From a virus, in IMG/VR virus record IMGVR_UViG_3300028837_000518, positions 45,320 through 109,319 of that record: 64,000 bases of DNA, one strand, 5' to 3'. The notes under the pieces are model-generated. The model saw only the letters and a program-made list of their open reading frames with translations, was not told the DNA's origin and searched no databases. The translations under genes and the position numbers were made by a program. Positions 57,731 through 64,000 of this stretch are shown piece after piece (positions within the stretch are counted from its first letter, which is position 1; every line of letters starts with the position of its first letter).

Positions 57731-58309
57731 TTAGCTAGCGCTGGCTGTACAAGTAATTGTCAGAGTGAGAGTATCGTCGTCATCAATAGTCTTGTCCCCA
57801 GCCGTGAATGCACCGCCACCGTAGAGCGTATCTACAGTTGCACCTTTGACTGATGCGGTACTAAGAAAAGCTCCACCAATAGTTGTATCGTCGGAAGAGA
57901 TAGTAAAGACTGCTTTAGACGCTGTATTATCTACCGACTGTCCCGAAACTGCTCCCAGCACCAATGTCTGCCGAGCTGCCTCATCGTAGGCAGTAACCTC
58001 AACCCAACCCGCATGGCCTGATTCTTGGTCGCCCGCTGCAAAGGACGGCGTACCATCAGTCAAACCTATATACCAGGCAGCTGTGTAACCGCTACCCTTA
58101 AGGTGCTTATCTAAACTATCGTCCAATCCAGCATTCACTACCAGATTAAAGATAAAGTCTGTCCAGATAAGATCAAGCATCTCGGACGGAACTGACTGAC
58201 CAAGTGCGCGAAGCTGACGTACCTGAAGCAGGTACTCCGGCTTAGGTCTATGACACACAACATCATAGCGAGTGGTCAATTGTCGTGCCAATATCGTTTG
58301 TGTATTCAT
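57731..58309 (-). CDS. Phage tail fibre-like/structural protein
   Basis: 'NLVVNAGLD...WYIGL...W.E...Y....R..L...A.FTI....TI.GAFL'. Confidence 0.65.
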   Translation of the reverse strand: MNTQTILARQLTTRYDVVCHRPKPEYLLQVRQLRALGQSVPSEMLDLIWTDFIFNLVVNAGLDDSLDKHLKGSGYTAAWYIGLTDGTPSFAAGDQESGHAGWVEVTAYDEAARQTLVLGAVSGQSVDNTASKAVFTISSDDTTIGGAFLSTASVKGATVDTLYGGGAFTAGDKTIDDDDTLTLTITCTASAS

Positions 58310-58313
58310 TTCT

Positions 58314-58643
58314 CTAATTCCTCTTTGATAGTACTTTACGTCCATGCAACAACTGACCAGCTATGATAGCACCAGCAGCAATCTCAAACAATGCCTCCAC
58401 CCACTCCTGCCAACCACTCGGTATCACGGCTATCTCGACATAGTTGAAGATTGTTACCGCCACTGCGAAAACAATACATGCTATAACTGCTGATAGCGCA
58501 AATGCAACTATTCGCTTCGCTTCAGCAGCAAGGCCGGCCAGAACACGCCATCTCTCGACAAGTTGGAAAGCGAGATATGCTGCTCCACCATCACTAATTA
58601 TCCAGGTAATCGCACTAATCAATGTCACTTTGAGCCTCCTCAT
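58314..58643 (-). CDS. Holin-like membrane protein
   Basis: Three hydrophobic segments, basic C-terminus. Confidence 0.55.
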   Translation of the reverse strand: MRRLKVTLISAITWIISDGGAAYLAFQLVERWRVLAGLAAEAKRIVAFALSAVIACIVFAVAVTIFNYVEIAVIPSGWQEWVEALFEIAAGAIIAGQLLHGRKVLSKRN

Positions 58644-58887
58644 TCAGGTTAAATCTATACCCCGTGACTTTACAGCGCCGCCCATCTATTCTCTCGCGTT
58701 GTAACTGCGCCCTATCTACAACGCCATTATCTAAGCCTTCACGGATTAGAATTCGTGCACTTTTTACACCAACACCAAGCTCTTGCGCCCATTCTCTAGC
58801 AGTCTTAAAACCCATTGGCTCAACTTCATCATTCTGATCAATGAATTCTATTAATTCCTCAAGCGTAAAGCTCGGCCTAGCATTCAT
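58615..58887 (-). CDS. HTH domain protein
   Basis: 'TAREWAQELGVG...AR..I'. Confidence 0.6.
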   Translation of the reverse strand: MNARPSFTLEELIEFIDQNDEVEPMGFKTAREWAQELGVGVKSARILIREGLDNGVVDRAQLQRERIDGRRCKVTGYRFNLNEEAQSDID

Positions 58888-59695
58888 TTGACAACTTCCT
58901 TACACTTGGCAACGGCAAGGGGAACTTTTCCTCATCCACTTCAAAGCGCTTGCCATTATGAGTAATCTTAACATAGCCAATGTGAGGTAGCATTGAAGTG
59001 GCTTTACGGTAACCAAACGCTGTTTTTAATTGCCATGCCGGCGTTACAACTACACCTACATCTTCTCTAACGTATACGTGCCGATGCCTGTGCGAACGCA
59101 CTACCAGTTTAACATTAGGCATTTCGTCCTGATATTCGCGAACCAACTCTGACAAAAGTAAAAGCGTATCACGTAGAGGTACTGTAGCCTCATACCATGG
59201 AACACTAGATGTGCCTATGTGATGTGCGAAATGAATTACATCTGTATTGTCCGCCCACTCTAAAAATAGTTCCCATTGAGTGTATTGACCAGTAGTTGGA
59301 TTTTGTACAGCACCAATAGAACGTGCTAGCCGACTAACATCCTCAGAGCAGCGCCCCTCATGCCACTCCGTACCTCTAATCACATAGCGCTCACCAACTA
59401 ATTCCATCAACGGTGCCAGTAGAAGTTCGGCAGCATTAGCCTGAATATCACCTCTATTAGTAATTAATTGACCGTCCCTCCAGCTTTTCCCCTGAATAAT
59501 ATCACCATTAATAACTAGTGTGGGCTTAGGCGAAATTGTTGCAATGTCCTCACACATCGCCTGCCAACATTCCATTAACCACTCTTGATACTTATTGAGT
59601 TGATAACGCCCGCCACCCTCCAATATGGCACCCACAGGCCATAGCCCTACAACTGAACCGACATGAAGATCACTAATTACAACTACACAAGTCAT
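58877..59695 (-). CDS. Calcineurin-like metallophosphoesterase
   Basis: 'ISDLHVG', 'NGDII', 'GT.WH', 'AHH', 'RSHRH'. Confidence 0.82.
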   Translation of the reverse strand: MTCVVVISDLHVGSVVGLWPVGAILEGGGRYQLNKYQEWLMECWQAMCEDIATISPKPTLVINGDIIQGKSWRDGQLITNRGDIQANAAELLLAPLMELVGERYVIRGTEWHEGRCSEDVSRLARSIGAVQNPTTGQYTQWELFLEWADNTDVIHFAHHIGTSSVPWYEATVPLRDTLLLLSELVREYQDEMPNVKLVVRSHRHRHVYVREDVGVVVTPAWQLKTAFGYRKATSMLPHIGYVKITHNGKRFEVDEEKFPLPLPSVRKLSNEC

Positions 59696-59729
59696 AGATA
59701 ATCTGCCTTTCTCGGCTAATTGATGCGTG

Positions 59730-59758
59730 ATTATAGCATAGTTTGCTCACGGTGTCAA
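59730..59758 (-). promoter_or_regulatory. Consensus sigma70 promoter
   Basis: - strand TTGACA-17 nt-TATAAT with TGn extended -10, ~35 nt upstream of the metallophosphoesterase ATG. Confidence 0.8.
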
Positions 59759-59773
59759 TGTCTGCTTGCGACG

Positions 59774-60028
59774 TTAATTACTGGCATCATCATCACTAAC
59801 TTGTTCTATAACATAATTTAGCTTGGTTTCAAGGCGCTCCATGCCAACGAGAATCTCTAACCTATCTTTTCTTGCTTCATCATTGGCAGATTCTAGTGTT
59901 GTGATTCGTCGCCTATCATTTTGTATATCGGCTTGCGTTGTACCCCATGCAATGCCCATTGTTACAAATAAAGCTATGATAGTTATTACAGTAGCCAGCA
60001 ACTTAACATGACTATGATTGTTTAGCAT
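59774..60028 (-). CDS. Membrane-anchored coiled-coil protein (holin/XhlA-like)
   Basis: One TM helix then heptad region; directly downstream of endolysin. Confidence 0.55.
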   Translation of the reverse strand: MLNNHSHVKLLATVITIIALFVTMGIAWGTTQADIQNDRRRITTLESANDEARKDRLEILVGMERLETKLNYVIEQVSDDDASN

Positions 60029-60034
60029 ATTGTT

Positions 60035-61582
60035 TTATCCCACTGTGATTTCCGCTACTAGTTTCCACGTATCAGACTCAATCTTTAGAGCTACAAAACA
60101 CTTCTCGCTAGGCTTATAAGCAAGACAGTATGCAAAAGCTGCACCCGACACATAGCGTTCCTGAAGCCATATGTAACCAAGGGCAAGGCATACCTTCCTA
60201 GTGGCGGGAAATACATAGTAGTCATTACGCATTAAGGCTGATTCAGTGGCCGTAAATTTTTGCCCGGATTCTTGACCGTAGTAGTGATTAAGGATTTGAC
60301 GGTAATTCGCTCCTCGCCTCGCCATTTCCCTAGCACCATACTGGCACATGCGTCCAGGCCATTGCTTATCCAAGTGCCCATTCTCACCTTTACAGAAAGG
60401 ACAGTTAGATAAACCACACTTGTTAACGTACATTCCACTACTTAGCCAAAGTTCGCCCGTAGTTTCACGAACGGCTTGATCGCTGCGGTCGTGAATTGTT
60501 GCTACGTTATAAACCTGGCAATGTGTTGTATTACAAAGATGTGCTTCAGTACCATGACGCGGAGATTTCATTGCACGATCAGCGTAAGTTCGTGCGGCCA
60601 CAGCTTGGGCCTTTAGGGCTTCCATGTGCCAAGAAGCAGGCATCTCGGCAGGCACAACGGCACGCAGATACTCCTCTAATCGTATACTTGTAACAATAGA
60701 CCCTTGTAAGAGCAGAACCTTGTCCTCACGATAAGCGTTACGAACGTACTCAGCTAGTTGGTTCTCGATCCTACTCCCTACAATATCAAAGGTTTGCCAG
60801 TCCCTCTTTGCTCCAGTCTGGAATATGGCGGCCCACTCAATCTTGCTATCCAACTCAAGTTGACCATCATACTCTACCAACCAATGAAAGTATGCGCCCT
60901 GATCTTCGACACTCCAGAAGCCAGCATTAGAAGCATTTTTCTCAGCCAGAGCTACATCCCAACCAATCTCAGTTAGAAAGATTGTTGGTATTCTATATCC
61001 CAAGTCTTTCAGAATCTCTATATCGCGCCGATAAACAAAAACACACCATGGACTCCACTCCAGCCCCGGCTTTGCATATTCATGTTTACCTAAGATTGCG
61101 TTTGGTTGTGCCAGTGGCTCCTCGTAGAACCGCCATAATTCCGGCAACGGACGTGTAGGGGCAAAGTTGCCAATGATAACATCGAACTCCTCACGCGCCA
61201 TCAATCGGCATAGTTCAGCCTCACATGCTGCCAAGCCCTTCATTTCATCAGCATCGTGAATAATTCTCTCATTTACACTCTCAAGAGTGTTAACGCCCAG
61301 TACATTTCGCCAGTGATTTGCGTCACCAATTAGTGCATCAAAGAGACGACGTGCGCCACTCGTACCATTCCTGATACATTCAGAAGCAATATTATCTGTC
61401 CAGGTGCGGTGCCAGACAAAGGGTCGGTTAAAGCCAACATCATCATATGCTGAGTAAATGTCATCACGAATAAACTCAGGCGAGGTAGTTCCCATACATT
61501 TAAGCGCCGGGTATAAAGCATGACGTAGGTGATTCTTGCATTCATCACTAGGCAATTGTATATGTCCCGCTAACTTTGTCAC
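60035..61582 (-). CDS. Endolysin-like: clan GH-A-like TIM barrel fused to SpoIID/LytB domain
   Basis: N-terminal 'SVNE', 'KHEY', 'LTEIG'; C-terminal 'LEEYLRAVVPAEMP.SW.MEALKAQAVAARTYA', 'CQVY', 'QYGA...A..G...QIL.HYY'. Confidence 0.8.
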   Translation of the reverse strand: MTKLAGHIQLPSDECKNHLRHALYPALKCMGTTSPEFIRDDIYSAYDDVGFNRPFVWHRTWTDNIASECIRNGTSGARRLFDALIGDANHWRNVLGVNTLESVNERIIHDADEMKGLAACEAELCRLMAREEFDVIIGNFAPTRPLPELWRFYEEPLAQPNAILGKHEYAKPGLEWSPWCVFVYRRDIEILKDLGYRIPTIFLTEIGWDVALAEKNASNAGFWSVEDQGAYFHWLVEYDGQLELDSKIEWAAIFQTGAKRDWQTFDIVGSRIENQLAEYVRNAYREDKVLLLQGSIVTSIRLEEYLRAVVPAEMPASWHMEALKAQAVAARTYADRAMKSPRHGTEAHLCNTTHCQVYNVATIHDRSDQAVRETTGELWLSSGMYVNKCGLSNCPFCKGENGHLDKQWPGRMCQYGAREMARRGANYRQILNHYYGQESGQKFTATESALMRNDYYVFPATRKVCLALGYIWLQERYVSGAAFAYCLAYKPSEKCFVALKIESDTWKLVAEITVG

Positions 61583-61905
61583 TTATCTTCCACCTTTCTT
61601 AAACATACTTGCAGGTGCCAATGATTCTGAATTGAATGACGGTTGGTATCAATTTCTACTAATTTATAACCCCTCTCGCGACATAGTGCACGCGCTACAC
61701 CCATAGCTATATTTTGCGTATAAAGTACTACACCATCAGAAACTCTATTACAACTCACGTGCTCGTTTGGTACAGCCAGTAGGCGCAGATCAAACTCTTT
61801 CTTATCTAAATCTACAGCTACGACAATATCAGGTGAAACATATAACCACTCTGTTAAGTGAGCCTCGGGCAAGTGCGTGGCCAACATACAAAGGGGGCAG
61901 TCCAT
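61579..61905 (-). CDS. HIT-like protein
   Basis: 'MDCPLC', 'VP.EH', 'HSI..HWHLQ'. Confidence 0.55.
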   Translation of the reverse strand: MDCPLCMLATHLPEAHLTEWLYVSPDIVVAVDLDKKEFDLRLLAVPNEHVSCNRVSDGVVLYTQNIAMGVARALCRERGYKLVEIDTNRHSIQNHWHLQVCLRKVEDK

Positions 61906-62161
61906 TATATTAACCTTTCTTTATAGTTTCTATACTTGCTTCTAGTATCTTTATGAAGGCTTCGTTGGTACCATTACTTGTTAATATTCTAATGTGGTCA
62001 TTTACACATAGAATTGTTATCATAATCTCAGCTTCATTTGGTAATATGTGCTGCTTTACTTGCTCGCGCAGCTGTGAGTTCTCACGCAGCAAACCAATCA
62101 TTTCCTCATTAGTCGTCTGTAACTCACTAGTTAACAACTCGCATTGTTTACATTCTGGCAT

Positions 62162-62647
62162 TTAAGTAACCTTTCCCGCGCAAGCATCAATGAGGTCCAT
62201 GATCGCTTCCTTCTGTGCCAGATTTAGCGGTACAGGGTTATCCTCACTATCTGGCCCTTCAGTAGCAGACCAGTCGTGATGTAGCATTAGCCCGTGTGCC
62301 CACTTTAGCATGTCATCACTAATGCTATATTCAGTCACTGCAGCACTATTACCAGTATTAAGATCATCCCAAGTAATACCACGTGGACGACGCGGTGCCT
62401 TCTCATCATCCTTGTGCTCATCGCCCCAAACCTTCATGGCGTCTTGCCACTCGCGCATTTCCTCCATTGATTCCTCGGCCAACTTGTCAAATTCTTCCCA
62501 AGCCTGCCGAACCTGGAATCCACGCCGTATAGCACGAATGTTGGAAAGTTCTACACTCGTTAACTTCTCATCAGTTTTCGCCCCTATTGACATCAAAAAG
62601 TTTCGTAACATACAACGTTGTGCGATACTAAGTGAAATTTGCGACAC
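62162..62647 (-). CDS. Hypothetical protein (possible tail-fibre chaperone)
   Basis: Intact ORF coupled to the upstream tail gene. Confidence 0.45.
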   Translation of the reverse strand: MSQISLSIAQRCMLRNFLMSIGAKTDEKLTSVELSNIRAIRRGFQVRQAWEEFDKLAEESMEEMREWQDAMKVWGDEHKDDEKAPRRPRGITWDDLNTGNSAAVTEYSISDDMLKWAHGLMLHHDWSATEGPDSEDNPVPLNLAQKEAIMDLIDACAGKVT

Positions 62648-63939
62648 TATGCTACTCCTAATCTAACTTCATAAAAATCATCCGACTTCGCCCATAACTC
62701 ACCTACTGCTGCACCAGCATTTGCTTGACTTGTGCCGGTCTTCATGGCTGGCATTAGGTGGCCACCATCTTTCAAGATCGTCTCTCGCAGTGTGTTTTCA
62801 GTGTAAAGTTCAATTATGCCACCAGCTATGTTTCCTGCTACCAGTCTCACTTTCCCCGGATGTGCACCATGTTCGTTACCGGAGACGATGATCGAAGCCC
62901 CACGAGTCGCGTCGCTGGTGCCACCGCCGGTCAGAGCGGTCTGTTTAGTGTCCGATCCGTCCGCAGTGTCGGCTTTCATAGAGAAGGTGGCTGCGCTGTA
63001 GGAGATGGCTCCTGCAAGGACAAGATTCAGCGCGACGGTCAAACCGTCATCAGTCTTGAGCATGTTCGCTGCGCTACGGTACAGGTTCACGTCTGACCAG
63101 TGAAGATCTTTGCCGTCCGCGATAATGATGTCGTCGCCGACGTCGAGACCACCATCGATCTTTACATTGTCCGGCGTTCGCATCAGATTAGCCGCAGAAC
63201 GATACCAAAGCGCGTCTCCACCAAGTAACAGTCCTGCAGTAGATCCTTGTAACGGAAGAGCCAACTGACCAGCACGACCTAGACCGAGAATCTCGGAGTC
63301 GTCCGCTTTGAGAACCTGAAATCGCGAGGCTGCGAAATCCTCGATTATGTTACTAATCGTGTAGCTATCCAACTGGATATAACCAGTTGCATCATTAGGC
63401 TCTCTGAAACATTCAATAAAACTCATACCTCCGCCTAGCGAGTGGGCTTCGAGGCGGATGGTGCTCTCATGTGTGGGATAAGAGTCTGCTTCAATGTAGA
63501 TATTTGAGTTTGTATCGTGATCAGGATGAAGAACATACAAACTCACGTATGAATCAGTTTCAGTTATCAACCCCCGGAGCCTCCCAAACACGTCCCCCGT
63601 ACTATCCCTAAACTTGTAGGCCCTAGTATCACTATAAGTGTCTGAGACTTCGATTCCGATCCCGCCGGAATTGAGAAAAACCACGCCAGCGCCAGCTTCA
63701 ATAGCGCCTGTCACTGCATCGAATTTCGCCTGCAATACATCAACGAGCAGACCATACATCCCCGTGCGATCAATCCAGATACCCGTACCTGTTGCAGGCA
63801 GGCCGTTTGGATCAGCTATAGGTGGCGTCGAGCCGATGCTGATAGCACTGTTCTCACCAGGCATGGTCAACTTCTTGGTGATCTCGGCCCCTAGGGCGGC
63901 GTCGAGTGTGATGACCGCATTTCCGCCGCTATCCTTCAC
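62647..63939 (-). CDS. Tail/receptor-binding protein C-terminal part (probably extends beyond window)
   Basis: Gly/Thr-rich beta repeats, duplicated 'YRSAAN..(R/K)T.D' motif. Confidence 0.65.
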   Translation of the reverse strand: MKDSGGNAVITLDAALGAEITKKLTMPGENSAISIGSTPPIADPNGLPATGTGIWIDRTGMYGLLVDVLQAKFDAVTGAIEAGAGVVFLNSGGIGIEVSDTYSDTRAYKFRDSTGDVFGRLRGLITETDSYVSLYVLHPDHDTNSNIYIEADSYPTHESTIRLEAHSLGGGMSFIECFREPNDATGYIQLDSYTISNIIEDFAASRFQVLKADDSEILGLGRAGQLALPLQGSTAGLLLGGDALWYRSAANLMRTPDNVKIDGGLDVGDDIIIADGKDLHWSDVNLYRSAANMLKTDDGLTVALNLVLAGAISYSAATFSMKADTADGSDTKQTALTGGGTSDATRGASIIVSGNEHGAHPGKVRLVAGNIAGGIIELYTENTLRETILKDGGHLMPAMKTGTSQANAGAAVGELWAKSDDFYEVRLGVA

Positions 63940-64000
63940 CGTCAGGATGCCAGCCGAGGTAAGCCCTATCCGTTCTTGCGAATCTGCCCATAGTCCAAGG

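Noticed and set aside
1-64000. Genome-wide stop-codon reassignment (code 15 or 4)
   Set aside because: Long core genes are uninterrupted, TAG and TGA end well-defined genes at expected positions, and no suppressor tRNA is in the window

Overview
This is a 64-kb segment of a large dsDNA phage or prophage genome. The host is probably an anaerobic Chloroflexota/Anaerolineae-type bacterium; this is inferred from class III RNR and C-terminal (Y/F)LPL(I/V) motifs. Positions 1-52409 are almost entirely + strand early/middle genes. They include a Ro60/TROVE gene preceded by five Y-RNA-like hairpins interleaved with three tRNAs, dozens of small paralogous ORFs, two further tRNAs and three odd tRNA-like RNAs. 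Enzyme genes include ClpP, ThyX, two RNA ligases, five DNA methyltransferases, a glycosyltransferase/radical-SAM/epimerase cluster and NrdD. A ~155-bp palindrome is followed by RHH regulators and a DinG/ERCC4/Cas4-like recombination module. Four genes carry inteins at catalytic motifs. Positions 52414-64000 are - strand virion and lysis genes. The most striking element is the Y RNA-tRNA-Y RNA array at 1-690 upstream of Ro60. Several accessory genes carry single premature stop codons. All calls come from reading the sequence and motifs by eye; no searches were run.
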